From: Bacteroidales bacterium
GTDB taxonomy: Bacteria > Bacteroidota > Bacteroidia > Bacteroidales > UBA1402
Reading direction: 5' to 3'
Assembly: GCA_017446025.1 (NCBI GenBank)
Contig: JAFSRR010000091.1
Coordinates: 8,661 to 72,660 of the forward strand
DNA length: 64,000 nt
Positions within the stretch are counted from its first letter, which is position 1. Each line of letters opens with the position of its first letter. The notes below the pieces were generated by a model. That model saw only the letters and a program-made list of their open reading frames with translations. It made no database searches and was not told where the DNA came from. Below are positions 28,330 to 37,873 of the stretch, piece after piece. The position numbers were made by a program, and so were the translations under genes.

Positions 28330-29979
28330 TTATGGCTGGGGGACGGCCAGCACCTTGCCGTGGTCTTTGACCACCTGCTCTTTCCATTTATCGTTGTAAG
28401 GCTCCTGGATGGGCGAGGCCGGAATGCTCTTGGAATAGCCATTGTTCTGGAAACTTCCGTCTGGATTCTGACGTTTGATGTTGCCGTCGATATATTTCAC
28501 GAGCAGGTATTTGTCCAGTTCTTTCCAGCGACGGAAAAGCTGTCGGGCGGCATAAGACGAAAAACCGTTCAGGAAGGCTGCCTGGCCACCGCTCTGACTG
28601 TCACGGTCAATATCCTTGACGCGCTCCATCATAGCCCTTTCGTGGGCATCGATCACCTCGCGCACCTCGGCACCGATCTTGTCGTAGCGCAGATAAGCCA
28701 GCTGGGCGATGCGGCTCACGGTCCAGTACATCGAATTGTCGGAATACTCAATCAATGAGCCGTTGCCCTGACGATAGGGTTCCGGAACTTCCTTGAGGCA
28801 AGTGTAGAAGGGGCTGAGCGGCGAAGTGCCGGCATCATCGACACCGAACCAATAGATACCGGCCGGATGCCAGTTGCGGCTCTGGGATACAAACCACCAG
28901 CCTGTCTGCTGGGTGGCGATGGCGCGCTCGTTGAGATAGCGCTTGCCTTCGTATTCAAATTCCATCGGACGCCAACGGTAAGGCAGGCCGCTGCCACCGG
29001 CGCCGATATCCTGGGTCATATCCATGGGCGTACCCTCGTAATGGTCGCGCATCATGTCGGCCAGGTCCTTGGCGGTGAGTTTGCGGACGGGCTTGACATA
29101 GAGGGGCATGTGATTCTTCAAGTCGTAGCCCATGGCATAATCCACATAGGCGTCCATGCCGGAGGCAAAACGGTTGAAGAACGACCACACGCGGGCTTCG
29201 CAATAGCGGGCGCCACCGAAATCGAGCGGATTGTAGACATCGCAGAAACTGAACTCTTCATCGCGTCCCGAGAAGATGCCCTGCTGGCGGGCATGCTTGA
29301 TGACATCCTTGGCATAAAGGCAATTGTCCGGGTCGTTGAAATCGATGGTGGTGATACGGGACTGGTTGGCATGGGCGGAGATGCAGCCGTCGGGGATGCG
29401 CTTGGCCACCCAAACAGCCCCCCGGTTCAGATTGACTCCCTTTTTGTTGTATTTCGGGGCCTTGCCGATGATTTCCATGATCCAGGCCTCGTTGGCGTCG
29501 GCGATCGAAAAGGACTCGCCTTCCGAAGCATAGCCGTAGCGTTGCATCAAATCGTCGATGACATGGATGGCCTCGCGGGCCGTACGCGAACGCTGCAGGG
29601 CCACATAGATCAGTGAACCGTAGTCCATGATGGCCGTCGAGTCGTAGTATTCACGGCCGCCGTAGGTGGTCTCGCCAATCACCACCTGGTGTTCGTTCAT
29701 ATTGCCCACCACCGAATAGGTATGGGCCACCTGAGGGATCTCGCCCAGGTATTTGCCCGTGTCCCATTCATAGATCTTGAGCATGGTGCCGGCCGGATAG
29801 TCGGCCGCCGGACGGAAATAGAGCTCCCCGTACAACTGATGGGAATCGGCGGCATAGGTCACCATGACCGAGCTGTCGGCCGAAGCCCCGCGGGTCACAA
29901 TCAGGTTGGTACAGGCCCACAGGGGGATTCCTCCGCTGCAAAGCAGCACCAGAAGGGAGATAAGGATGGTTTTCTTCAT
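28330..29979 (-). CDS. C69 family dipeptidase
   Basis: Signal peptide MKKTILISLLVLLCSGGIPLWA is followed by the catalytic CTNLIVTRGASADSSVMVTYAADS. The start is taken at the ATG at 29979, not the track's 30111. Confidence 0.85.
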   Translation of the reverse strand: MKKTILISLLVLLCSGGIPLWACTNLIVTRGASADSSVMVTYAADSHQLYGELYFRPAADYPAGTMLKIYEWDTGKYLGEIPQVAHTYSVVGNMNEHQVVIGETTYGGREYYDSTAIMDYGSLIYVALQRSRTAREAIHVIDDLMQRYGYASEGESFSIADANEAWIMEIIGKAPKYNKKGVNLNRGAVWVAKRIPDGCISAHANQSRITTIDFNDPDNCLYAKDVIKHARQQGIFSGRDEEFSFCDVYNPLDFGGARYCEARVWSFFNRFASGMDAYVDYAMGYDLKNHMPLYVKPVRKLTAKDLADMMRDHYEGTPMDMTQDIGAGGSGLPYRWRPMEFEYEGKRYLNERAIATQQTGWWFVSQSRNWHPAGIYWFGVDDAGTSPLSPFYTCLKEVPEPYRQGNGSLIEYSDNSMYWTVSRIAQLAYLRYDKIGAEVREVIDAHERAMMERVKDIDRDSQSGGQAAFLNGFSSYAARQLFRRWKELDKYLLVKYIDGNIKRQNPDGSFQNNGYSKSIPASPIQEPYNDKWKEQVVKDHGKVLAVPQP

Positions 29980-29992
29980 AATCTGTTCATAA

Positions 29993-30718
29993 TTATTGGT
30001 TCCACGACTCCGACAGATAGCGTTCACGGGCCAAATGCCCGATGGCTTCCAGGGCCGGAGCCTCCCAAACGGCCACCTCGGTCTGCCAGTGACGGCAGCA
30101 GGCCTGGACAAAGATATTGAAAAAATCCTTTGCTGCCATATCCGAAGGCAGATATTGCCTGAGATTGGTCACGGGCGAAGGCACCGAAGCGACTTTGCAG
30201 CGACAACCGCCGACAACCGCTTGCGGCCGCCGGTCCAGCCCGAGCGCCCGGTGGAGCGCCTCCAAATCGGTGTCGTAGAGCAAGGTGCCATGGTGCAATT
30301 CACGGGTCTTCGTCACATGGGTGGCTGTTCCCGATATCTTGGCTCCGCCGATCCACAAATCCTTGCGAGGGCCCTTGTTTACCGACAGGCCCAGGCTTGC
30401 CAGGATTTCGATGACAGGTTCCAGGAAACTGCCGTCCAGGGCGGAGCGTCCCGTCTGGCGGTCGCCCACAAAACAATAGTTCAGATTACCCTCGTCGTGA
30501 TAGACGGCTCCCCCGCCCGACATACGGCGCACGATAGCCACGCCGTGGGCGGCGCACCAGGCCTCATCCACTTCGCTGGCCCGGTCCTGGTTGCGTCCCA
30601 GGACGACCGACGGCCGGTTGACATAGAGCAACAGGCACTCATCGCCGCCTTGCAGCAGATACTCTTCGGCTGCCAGGTTCCAGGCGGAATGGTCGTAGGG
30701 GCTGACAAGGATGATCAT
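29993..30718 (-). CDS. Lipoate-protein ligase family protein (BPL/LplA/LipB catalytic domain)
   Basis: ...NLAAEEYLL...LLLYVNRPSVVLGRNQ...GVAIVRRMSGGGAVYHDEGNLNY...KISGTA... The ATG overlaps the upstream stop (ATGA). Confidence 0.75.
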   Translation of the reverse strand: MIILVSPYDHSAWNLAAEEYLLQGGDECLLLYVNRPSVVLGRNQDRASEVDEAWCAAHGVAIVRRMSGGGAVYHDEGNLNYCFVGDRQTGRSALDGSFLEPVIEILASLGLSVNKGPRKDLWIGGAKISGTATHVTKTRELHHGTLLYDTDLEALHRALGLDRRPQAVVGGCRCKVASVPSPVTNLRQYLPSDMAAKDFFNIFVQACCRHWQTEVAVWEAPALEAIGHLARERYLSESWNQ

Positions 30719-32013
30719 TTCACATTGAAAGCCACACGCAATTCCTCAATCTCGTTGTCCCCGATGGGACAGAGCGGGCCGATGGCAGAAGCCATCACCA
30801 GCGAGTTGGCGCTGAATTCGGCCACTTCCAGGTAGTCGAAGGTCTGCATCAGGCGGTCGCCCGTCACGATCACACAGTCGTTCTCGACCAACAGGGCCCG
30901 GTGCTTGGCAAACATGGCCGCCACCTTGTCGACCGCCTTGTAGTGGTCGCCGAAGGGGATGTTGGGCATGTCCTGCAGGAAGATCCAGCTTTCGGGAATG
31001 GTGCGGACATCGAATTTCTTGCCCGTCACGGCAAAGGCCATCAGGTGGGGCGACTGGGTGGAGATGATGGAGTTGATATGCGGATTCTCCTGATAGATAC
31101 GATAGTGGAGGGCCACCGAGCGACTGGGCGTCTTGCCGGCCTCGGCCATGCCGTCGCGCACCTGCACGATGTCTTCGGGCTGGATGTCCCAGCGCGGCAC
31201 ATTGGGTGTGGTGATCAGGAAATCGTTGCCCCGCCAGCGGCACGACACGGTGCCGTAGGTCGAAATCATCAGCCCCTGGTTGCAGGAGCGGTGGATCACG
31301 TTGCACATTTCCGTGCGGATGGCCCGTTCGTCGGAAGGATAGCTCACATCCATATAGTGGGGGATGTGGTGCGGGATGCAGGAATTGAAGTCGGCAATCT
31401 GGGAATCAGCCAGCGACTTGGGCTTGCCGATATGACCGGCATTGACCAGCGTGCGGCAGCAGAATTCCAAGGTCTCGAAGCGCTCGTAGGCATCCATCAT
31501 GTCGGTGCCGCCCAGCACCACGCCGTGGTTTTCGAGGATCACAGCCTTGTATTTCTCATTCTTGAAGACCTCGGCGATGACATTGCCCAGCTCCTGGCTG
31601 CCCGGACAGGCATATTTGGCGTAGCCGATCTCACCGCAGATGTTCTTGGCCTGGGGGATGATGTTGGTGTTGGGGATCTGCCGGGCGATGCTGAAGGCCA
31701 CCAGCCCCGGCGGATGGGCGTGGATGACGGCTTTGATTTCGGGCCGGGTCTCGTAAATGGCCTTGTGGAAGGGATATTCCGACGAGGGCTTGTGCGGGCC
31801 GACGATGGTGCCGTCTTTTTTCACACAGACGATGTCCTTGGGAGTCAGTGTGCCTTTGTCGATAGCCGAAGGGGTGACCCAGATGTCGCCGTTGTCGTCG
31901 CGGATGGAGATATTGCCACCCGAGGTTGTGGTCATGCCACTGCGGTAGATGCGGCCGATGATGATGTTGATTTGCTCGGCCGGATGCATCAAAGTAGTAT
32001 CTAACTGTCTCAT
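30715..32013 (-). CDS. Class II aldolase/adducin family protein (tandem aldolase-II domains)
   Basis: 432 aa with two copies of the fold: TTTSGGNISIRD...WVTPSAIDKG...HAHPP, and a second ...YGTVSCRW...LITTPNV... module. Confidence 0.75.
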   Translation of the reverse strand: MRQLDTTLMHPAEQINIIIGRIYRSGMTTTSGGNISIRDDNGDIWVTPSAIDKGTLTPKDIVCVKKDGTIVGPHKPSSEYPFHKAIYETRPEIKAVIHAHPPGLVAFSIARQIPNTNIIPQAKNICGEIGYAKYACPGSQELGNVIAEVFKNEKYKAVILENHGVVLGGTDMMDAYERFETLEFCCRTLVNAGHIGKPKSLADSQIADFNSCIPHHIPHYMDVSYPSDERAIRTEMCNVIHRSCNQGLMISTYGTVSCRWRGNDFLITTPNVPRWDIQPEDIVQVRDGMAEAGKTPSRSVALHYRIYQENPHINSIISTQSPHLMAFAVTGKKFDVRTIPESWIFLQDMPNIPFGDHYKAVDKVAAMFAKHRALLVENDCVIVTGDRLMQTFDYLEVAEFSANSLVMASAIGPLCPIGDNEIEELRVAFNVK

Positions 32014-32567
32014 TCTATGTTGGATTTCAATTGTTCAAAAAAAGCCCATTGCACGATGCCGGAGGCAACGGACACGTTCAGGGAATGCTTGGTGCCGAAC
32101 TGGGGAATCTCCACGCAGCCGTCGCAGGCATCCACCACCGCCTGCTGCACCCCCTTGACTTCATGCCCCAGCACCACGGCATACTTGCGGGAGGGATCCA
32201 GTTGCAACTGGTCCAGGAGAATGCTGCCATGGGCCTGCTCCACGGCATAGAGCACATAGCCGGCGGCTTTCAGGTCGTTGACCGCCTTGAGCGTGTCGGC
32301 CTCATAGCTCCAGGCCACTGTCAGCTCGGCACCCAGGGCCGTCTTGTGGATTTCGGGATGCGGCGGCTGGCAACAGATGCCGCAAAGCACCACCCTGTCC
32401 ACCCGGAAAGCGTCGGCCGTGCGGAACACGGCGCCCACATTGTGCTGGCTGCGGACATTGTCGAGCACCACAACCAGGGGAATCTTGACCGACTGTCGGA
32501 AATCTTCCTGCGACAAACGGTTCATTTCCAAAATGCTCAGCTTCTTCATAGTGGCTTTGGGCAGCAT
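32010..32567 (-). CDS. TrmH/SpoU family RNA 2'-O-methyltransferase
   Basis: LVVVLDNVRSQHNVGAVFRTADAF...VVLGHEVKGV...CVEIPQFGTKHSLNVSVASGIV. The start may instead be the internal MKKLSI (32549). Confidence 0.8.
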   Translation of the reverse strand: MLPKATMKKLSILEMNRLSQEDFRQSVKIPLVVVLDNVRSQHNVGAVFRTADAFRVDRVVLCGICCQPPHPEIHKTALGAELTVAWSYEADTLKAVNDLKAAGYVLYAVEQAHGSILLDQLQLDPSRKYAVVLGHEVKGVQQAVVDACDGCVEIPQFGTKHSLNVSVASGIVQWAFFEQLKSNIE

Positions 32568-32641
32568 GACTGCTTCTCACGCAAAGATAGTGAATAAAAT
32601 CCGGAATCACCCCGCGTGAAGGAGAAATGATGAATCCTTGC

Positions 32642-34495
32642 CTACTTCCAGTGGCTGTCCAGAAAGGCGATACGGTCGGCGAACCACTTTTTGAGCGTGG
32701 CGATTTCTTCTTCGTAGCTTGAAACACGGTAGGCAGCGAACATTCCGGCGCCACCTCCTCCGAAGCCGCCGAAATCCATACCGCCGCCGGGAGCGCCGAA
32801 GCCTCCGAAGCCCATTCCGGGGCCTCCGAAGCCGTTACGGCCTCCTTGGCCCTGACGGTCGGATTCATCGATCAGCAAATCGGGGTATTTGGCATACTGA
32901 CGATCCTTGGCCTCGGCCAACAGGAGAGCGTGCTCATCGATATACCTGTTGATATTGTCGATACTGAGTGTTCCCTGGCGGAGCTCTTTCCAACGTGCCA
33001 CGACTTTGGCCATGAAGGCGGGATCCTCGGTGAGCCGTTTCCACATGGCGGGCGTGGGATTGGTCTCGCCGCCTTCATAGACCCAGGCATCGATCTTGTC
33101 GGCATTGCAGAAATTGCAGTTGCCATAGGCCAGGTTGTAGTCCCAGACCGTGCCGGCATGGAGTTTGCCGCCCGTGCCGTCCTCCTTTTGCTTGGTTTTG
33201 AAAAAGTAGGTGCTGCGTTTCAAACCGTCGGCATTCAGACTGAGTTCGGTGTGGATGAAATAGTCCACGAAAGAGGAGACACTGATGTACTTGGCATAGC
33301 CGCTGTCGGGGTCGGCGAAGCCCTCGCTCTGGATGACTCGCTCGACTGTCTTGACATAGCTGCTGATATATTCCTGCTGCTCGGGGGTGATCTTGTCGGG
33401 TTTGGGATAATAATAGGTCCACACCACCTGATTGAAGTTCCCGCCGAAGCCTTCAAAACCACTGAACCGGCCACCGCCAAAGCCGGCAAAAGCGCTGTCG
33501 CCCCAGGCTTCAAAAGGATTGAAACCACCGCCGAAGCCGCCGAAATCGAATCCGCCTTCACCGAATCCACCGAAATTGCCACCACCGAAGCCGCCGCTCC
33601 GGTTGATGATGCCGGGGACCTCCGAAGTGAAAGAGGGTTCCCCTTCATCGGGCGGGTCGATGCGCACGATATAGCCGCCCGTCAGTTCCCGGCCGCTGTT
33701 GTCTTCGGGTTTGAGCTTGGCTATGTCCAAGCGGTTTTCGCCCCGCTTGATTTTTTCGCAAAGGATGTAAACACCGATGTAACGACCGTTCATCACCACC
33801 TCGCAATAGCGGTTGCGGGGCGCCCAGTGGCCCATTTCGCGCCAAAGGTCGAAGGCAAAGGGGTCGCGCATCATGGAAATGTCGTTATAGGGAGCCAGCA
33901 GCACCCAGTCGTTATCGGCGGGCATGCCCAGCAATTCGACATCCAGGTCTTTGCCGTCTTCAGTTTTCGTCTCGAAAGTGAAGCGCTTCTGCTCGAAAAA
34001 CAGCGACGAGTTGCCACGCAGCTTGATACCGATGTAGCCGTCATAGCCCCGGGCTTTGTCGGTGAGGTGGTTGCGTTTGCCCTTTCCGTTGTCGATGATC
34101 TTCATCCTTGCCAGGGACTTTTCCTTGTTGGTCAACAACCGGCCTTCCGTATCAATCAGGACAATGGGCAGGTTGGATGAAGTAAACGCAACTTCATTGC
34201 GCGAAGACGCGGGATCATACTCGACACCCATGCCGAAACCGCCGGGGAAACCGCCTCCCGGAAATCCGCTGGGAAAACTGTCGGGGAAGCCTTCCGGGAA
34301 TCTTCCGAAGAATCCACCCGGAAACATATTGGACAGACTGTCCATGGAAAAACCGCCGGGGAAGCCGCCTCCCGGAAATCCGTCGGGAAAGCCACCTCCA
34401 GGAAAGCCGCCGAAACCAGGGAACTGTGCAAAACCGGAAGCCGGCAGCCATAGTGCGATGGTCAATAGCAGCGCTTTAATGTTCGTTGATTTCAT
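32642..34495 (-). CDS. Secreted CotH kinase family protein with Gly/Phe/Pro-rich low-complexity regions
   Basis: Signal peptide ...ASGFAQ. The CotH core shows DWVLLAPYNDISMMRDPFAFDLWREMGHWAPRNRYCEVVMNGRYIGVYILCEKIKRGENR... and ...KLHAGTVWDYNLAYGNCNF. GFPGG/GGFGG repeats occur at aa 24-90, 299-354 and 547-586. Confidence 0.78.
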   Translation of the reverse strand: MKSTNIKALLLTIALWLPASGFAQFPGFGGFPGGGFPDGFPGGGFPGGFSMDSLSNMFPGGFFGRFPEGFPDSFPSGFPGGGFPGGFGMGVEYDPASSRNEVAFTSSNLPIVLIDTEGRLLTNKEKSLARMKIIDNGKGKRNHLTDKARGYDGYIGIKLRGNSSLFFEQKRFTFETKTEDGKDLDVELLGMPADNDWVLLAPYNDISMMRDPFAFDLWREMGHWAPRNRYCEVVMNGRYIGVYILCEKIKRGENRLDIAKLKPEDNSGRELTGGYIVRIDPPDEGEPSFTSEVPGIINRSGGFGGGNFGGFGEGGFDFGGFGGGFNPFEAWGDSAFAGFGGGRFSGFEGFGGNFNQVVWTYYYPKPDKITPEQQEYISSYVKTVERVIQSEGFADPDSGYAKYISVSSFVDYFIHTELSLNADGLKRSTYFFKTKQKEDGTGGKLHAGTVWDYNLAYGNCNFCNADKIDAWVYEGGETNPTPAMWKRLTEDPAFMAKVVARWKELRQGTLSIDNINRYIDEHALLLAEAKDRQYAKYPDLLIDESDRQGQGGRNGFGGPGMGFGGFGAPGGGMDFGGFGGGGAGMFAAYRVSSYEEEIATLKKWFADRIAFLDSHWK

Positions 34496-34530
34496 AATCA
34501 GAATCGTTTCTTTTTCGAGGACTTTCAGTA

Positions 34531-34538
34531 CAAAAGTA
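34531..34538 (-). promoter_or_regulatory. -7 box (TACTTTTG on the minus strand) upstream of the CotH gene
   Basis: The plus strand reads caaaagta, about 36 nt upstream of the ATG at 34495. Confidence 0.4.
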
Positions 34539-34601
34539 CCACAAAGTTTCGCTCCGTCAAATAATAATGCCGACTAAGGTTGCACTTGCATTTCTTTGCT
34601 T

Positions 34602-34609
34602 TATCTTTG
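34602..34609 (+). promoter_or_regulatory. -7 box TATCTTTG upstream of pepT
   Basis: TAnnTTTG match 26 nt upstream of the ATG at 34635. Confidence 0.45.
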
Positions 34610-34634
34610 TCGCATCATTCAAACAAAAAAAATC

Positions 34635-35855
34635 ATGGAACTGGTTGAACGATTTCTGAACTATGTGACCTACGACACTCAGTCGAACGAGGAGACCGAC
34701 TTGACACCGAGTACTCCCGGACAAATGGCCTTTGCCAAGGTGCTCGCCGAAGAATTGAAATTCATCGGACTTCAGGACGTGGTCCTGGACGACTACGGCT
34801 ACCTGATGGCCACCCTGCCGGCCAACACCGACGAGAAAAGGCCGGTGGTCGGATTCATCGCCCACATGGACACCAGCCCCGACATGTCGGGCCGCAAGGT
34901 GAAACCCAGAATCGTCAAAAACTACGACGGTGACGAGATTGTGCTCGACGCCGAGGACAACATCATCCTGTCGCCGGCCCAGTTCCCCGAGCTCAAGCAG
35001 TTCGTGGGCCAGGACATCATCTGCACCAACGGCAAGACCTTGCTCGGCGCCGACGACAAGGCCGGTATTGCCGAAATTGTCACGGCCATGGAATACCTCA
35101 TCGCCCATCCCGAAATCAAGCATGGCAAGATCCGCATCGGCTTCACGCCCGATGAAGAAATAGGCAAGGGAGCCGACCACTTCAATGTGGAAGCTTTCGC
35201 CGCCGACTGGGCCTACACCATGGACGGCGGCGACCTGGGCGAACTGGAGTTTGAAAACTTCAACGCCGCTTCGGCCAAGGTCGTCATCAAAGGGCGCAAT
35301 GTGCACCCGGGCTATGCCAAGCACAAGATGCTCAACGCCTGCCGGGTGGCCTATCAGTATGCCAACATGCTGCCCCGCTGGGAGACGCCGGAGCACACCG
35401 AAGGTTACGAAGGCTTCTATCATCTGACGGGGGTGAGCGGCACGGTCGAAGAAGCTACGCTGAGCTATATCGTCCGCGACCACGACCGCGACCGTTTCGA
35501 ACGTCGCAAGAAGGAGATGGAGCACCTGGCCAACAAGATCAATGCCGAATTCGGACAGGGGACGGCCACTTTGATCCTGAAGGACCAATATTACAATATG
35601 CGTGAGAAAATCGAACCTGACAATATGCACGTGGTCAACCTGGCCCTGGAGGCCATGGAGGCGGTCGGTGTCAAGCCGGTGGTCACGCCCATCCGCGGCG
35701 GCACGGACGGTGCCCGGCTGTCGTTCATGGGACTGCCCTGCCCCAACATCTTCGCCGGCGGCATGAACTTCCACGGGCGTTTTGAGTACCTGCCCATTCC
35801 CTCGGCCGAGAAAGCAATGAAAACCATCCTGAAAATATGTGAGTTAGCTAAATAG
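34635..35855 (+). CDS. pepT: Peptidase T (tripeptide aminopeptidase, M20B)
   Basis: [20 protein letters not shown]...[22 protein letters not shown]...[11 protein letters not shown]...[12 protein letters not shown]...FTPDEEIG... Confidence 0.9.
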   Translation: MELVERFLNYVTYDTQSNEETDLTPSTPGQMAFAKVLAEELKFIGLQDVVLDDYGYLMATLPANTDEKRPVVGFIAHMDTSPDMSGRKVKPRIVKNYDGDEIVLDAEDNIILSPAQFPELKQFVGQDIICTNGKTLLGADDKAGIAEIVTAMEYLIAHPEIKHGKIRIGFTPDEEIGKGADHFNVEAFAADWAYTMDGGDLGELEFENFNAASAKVVIKGRNVHPGYAKHKMLNACRVAYQYANMLPRWETPEHTEGYEGFYHLTGVSGTVEEATLSYIVRDHDRDRFERRKKEMEHLANKINAEFGQGTATLILKDQYYNMREKIEPDNMHVVNLALEAMEAVGVKPVVTPIRGGTDGARLSFMGLPCPNIFAGGMNFHGRFEYLPIPSAEKAMKTILKICELAK

Positions 35856-35857
35856 TA

Positions 35858-36943
35858 ATGAAGACTACTCCTTTTACCCAAATCCACATCGCCCTCGGGG
35901 CCAAAATGCATGAATTCGCCGGCTACAATATGCCTATCGAGTATTCCGGCATACTCAACGAACACGACACCGTCTGCCAGAAGGTGGGTGTTTTCGATGT
36001 CTCCCACATGGGAGAATTCTGGGTTGAAGGCCCCAAGGCCCTCGATTTCATCCAAAACCTGTGCTCGAACGACGCTTCGGTCCTGACCGACGGACAGGCC
36101 CAGTACAGTTGCCTGCCCAACGACCACGGCGGCATCGTCGACGACCTGCTGGTGTACCGTGTCAATGCCAAGCGCTATCTGCTGGTGGTGAACGCCTCCA
36201 ACATCGACAAGGACTGGAAATGGTGCCAGGAGCACAACGCTGTCGGCGCCAAACTGGTCAATGCTTCCGACAAGACGGCCCAGCTGGCCATTCAAGGCCC
36301 ATTGGCACAAGCCACCCTGCAGAAACTGACAGATGTGGATCTGAGCCAGATTGCCTATTATCATTTTGCCTACGGCACGATGGCCGGGGTGGAGAACGTG
36401 CTGATCTCCAACACGGGCTATACCGGTGCCGGCGGCTTTGAGATCTATTTTGCCCCTGCCGACGGAGCCAAGCTCTGGCAGGCTATTTTCGAGGCCGGTG
36501 CCGAGTTTGGCATCCTGCCCATCGGCCTGGGCGCCCGCGACACCCTGCGTCTGGAGATGGGATTCTGCCTCTATGGCAACGACATCGACGACACCACCTC
36601 GCCGCTCGAAGCGGGGCTGGGCTGGATCACCAAATTCACCGAAGGCAAGAACTTCCCCTCGCGCAGCATACTTGAAAAGCAAAAGGCCGAAGGGGTCAAG
36701 AAGAAACTGGTCGGCATCGAGATGATCGACAAGGGCATTCCCCGGCACGACTTCGACCTGGTCGATGCCAAGGGCTTTGTCATCGGCCGTGTCACTTCGG
36801 GCACCATTTCGCCCACGACACGCATCGGCATTGCCATGGCCTATGTCGATACGCCCTTCGCCCAGCCGGGCACGGAAGTCTTTGTCGATATCCGCAACCG
36901 GCACTTGAAGGCCAAGGTGGTGAAGTTTCCGTTTAGGAAATAA
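35858..36943 (+). CDS. gcvT: Glycine cleavage system aminomethyltransferase (T protein)
   Basis: [31 protein letters not shown]...[16 protein letters not shown]...[15 protein letters not shown]...[20 protein letters not shown]... Confidence 0.95.
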   Translation: MKTTPFTQIHIALGAKMHEFAGYNMPIEYSGILNEHDTVCQKVGVFDVSHMGEFWVEGPKALDFIQNLCSNDASVLTDGQAQYSCLPNDHGGIVDDLLVYRVNAKRYLLVVNASNIDKDWKWCQEHNAVGAKLVNASDKTAQLAIQGPLAQATLQKLTDVDLSQIAYYHFAYGTMAGVENVLISNTGYTGAGGFEIYFAPADGAKLWQAIFEAGAEFGILPIGLGARDTLRLEMGFCLYGNDIDDTTSPLEAGLGWITKFTEGKNFPSRSILEKQKAEGVKKKLVGIEMIDKGIPRHDFDLVDAKGFVIGRVTSGTISPTTRIGIAMAYVDTPFAQPGTEVFVDIRNRHLKAKVVKFPFRK

Positions 36944-36949
36944 AAAAGC

Positions 36950-36985
36950 ATCCCCGCGACTGTTTGGTCACGGGGATATTTTTTT
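36950..36985. terminator. Rho-independent terminator shared by convergent gcvT and the thioredoxin gene
   Basis: ATCCCCGCGAC-tgtttg-GTCACGGGGAT (one mismatch), followed by ATTTTTTT and preceded by AAAAAAG. Confidence 0.7.
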
Positions 36986-37016
36986 ACAACCGACAAGCAT
37001 GAGATGCCGGTCTGGG

Positions 37017-37457
37017 TTATTTCAGCAGGAATTCCCTGATGATGCGATCGAAATTTCCTTTTTCCATGGCGCCTTGGGTCATCCTGGGATCCCCTTCCAC
37101 GGGAATGAACAGGAAGGTCGGGATACTGGAGATGCCAAACAGCGAAGCCAGTTCGGGCTGCTTGTCCACATCTATCTTATAGAAGCAGACACTGTCGGCA
37201 TATTGCTTGGCCAATTCCTCCATGACTGGAGCCATGGCCTTGCAGGGACCGCACCAGGTGGCGTAGAAATCGACAATGGCGGGCTTGTCGCCCTGGTATT
37301 TCCACTGCTGGGGATTGTTTTCGTAATCGACAATCTTCTCGATGAAGGCAGCCTTGTCGAGTTCTGCGATATTCGAGCCTTTGTTGCTCTGGGCACAGGC
37401 GGTGAGGGCTGCTCCCATAAACAAAATCGAGCAAATCAGTGCCAGTTTTTTCATCAT
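37017..37457 (-). CDS. Thioredoxin-family lipoprotein (periplasm-facing thioredoxin)
   Basis: Signal/lipobox MMKKLALICSILFMGAALTAC, and the active site FYATWCGPCKAMAP. The track ORF extends upstream into the tRNA and is rejected. Confidence 0.85.
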   Translation of the reverse strand: MMKKLALICSILFMGAALTACAQSNKGSNIAELDKAAFIEKIVDYENNPQQWKYQGDKPAIVDFYATWCGPCKAMAPVMEELAKQYADSVCFYKIDVDKQPELASLFGISSIPTFLFIPVEGDPRMTQGAMEKGNFDRIIREFLLK

Positions 37458-37477
37458 TACACTCATCTCAGGAAGGA

Positions 37478-37510
37478 TAAAAAAAGCACTCACATTTGGT
37501 GTAAGTGCTT
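37478..37510 (-). terminator. Rho-independent terminator downstream of tRNA-Asp
   Basis: The minus strand reads AAGCACTTACA-ccaaa-TGTGAGTGCTT followed by TTTTTTTAT. Confidence 0.6.
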
Positions 37511-37520
37511 GTTTGTCTTG

Positions 37521-37594
37521 CGGTGCGTACGGGACTCGAACCCGTGACCCCATGCGTGACAGGCATGTATTCTAACCAGCTGAACTAACGCACC
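37521..37594 (-). tRNA. tRNA-Asp (anticodon GTC)
   Basis: The minus strand reads GGTGCGTTAGTTCAGCTGGTTAGAATACATGCCTGTCACGCATGGGGTCACGGGTTCGAGTCCCGTACGCACCG. It folds by hand into a cloverleaf: 7-bp acceptor, anticodon loop CTGTCAC, and T-loop TTCGAGT. Confidence 0.9.
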
Positions 37595-37612
37595 CTTTCT
37601 GGTTTGCGGCTG

Positions 37613-37620
37613 CAAAGATA
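37613..37620 (-). promoter_or_regulatory. -7 box (TATCTTTG on the minus strand) about 20 nt upstream of tRNA-Asp
   Basis: The plus strand reads caaagata. A second TATTTTTG match lies about 25 nt further upstream on the minus strand. Confidence 0.4.
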
Positions 37621-37663
37621 AATACTGTTTTTGGAATGGCAAAAATAATGGTGAATTTTTTTT

Positions 37664-37747
37664 CTCCTCCGGCAAGAGGCTGTCGGACGATCCTCACCGA
37701 CAAGAGGCTGTCGGACGATTCTCCTCCGACAAGAGGCTGTCGGATTC
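37664..37747. repeat. Three tandem 28-29-nt repeats, each forming a TCCGACA/TGTCGGA hairpin
   Basis: ctcctccggcaagaggctgtcggacgat / cctcaccgacaagaggctgtcggacgat(t) / ctcctccgacaagaggctgtcggattc. The core CCGACAAGAGGC equals the 3' end of the neighbouring tRNA-Thr but sits on the opposite strand. Confidence 0.75.
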
Positions 37748-37808
37748 CCGCCCCGATGCTTCGCCATCGGGGCGGAGGTCCGACTTGCCTGCCGCAGGCA
37801 GGCAAACG

Positions 37809-37873
37809 CAAACAAACAGCCTCAGACTACTTTCGAAAGCGAGCTTTCGACGCTGTCTGAGGCTGTTTGTTTG
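37809..37873 (-). other. Perfect 19-bp stem-loop directly abutting the 3' end of tRNA-Thr
   Basis: CAAACAAACAGCCTCAGAC (37809-37827) pairs with GTCTGAGGCTGTTTGTTTG (37855-37873). The 27-nt loop contains the palindrome CTTTCGAAAG. There is no U-run after it on the minus strand. Confidence 0.6.

Noticed and set aside
22566-36943. A glycine-cleavage 'operon' (gcvP, lipoate-protein ligase, gcvT all in the window)
   Set aside because: The three genes are 5-13 kb apart, on different strands and in different transcription units, and no gcvH is present. This is dispersed housekeeping, not a cluster.
37664-37747. CRISPR-like array (three 28-29-nt direct repeats with dyad symmetry)
   Set aside because: The repeats abut each other with no spacers, there are only three, and no cas genes occur in the window. 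This is a tandem repeat, not a CRISPR.
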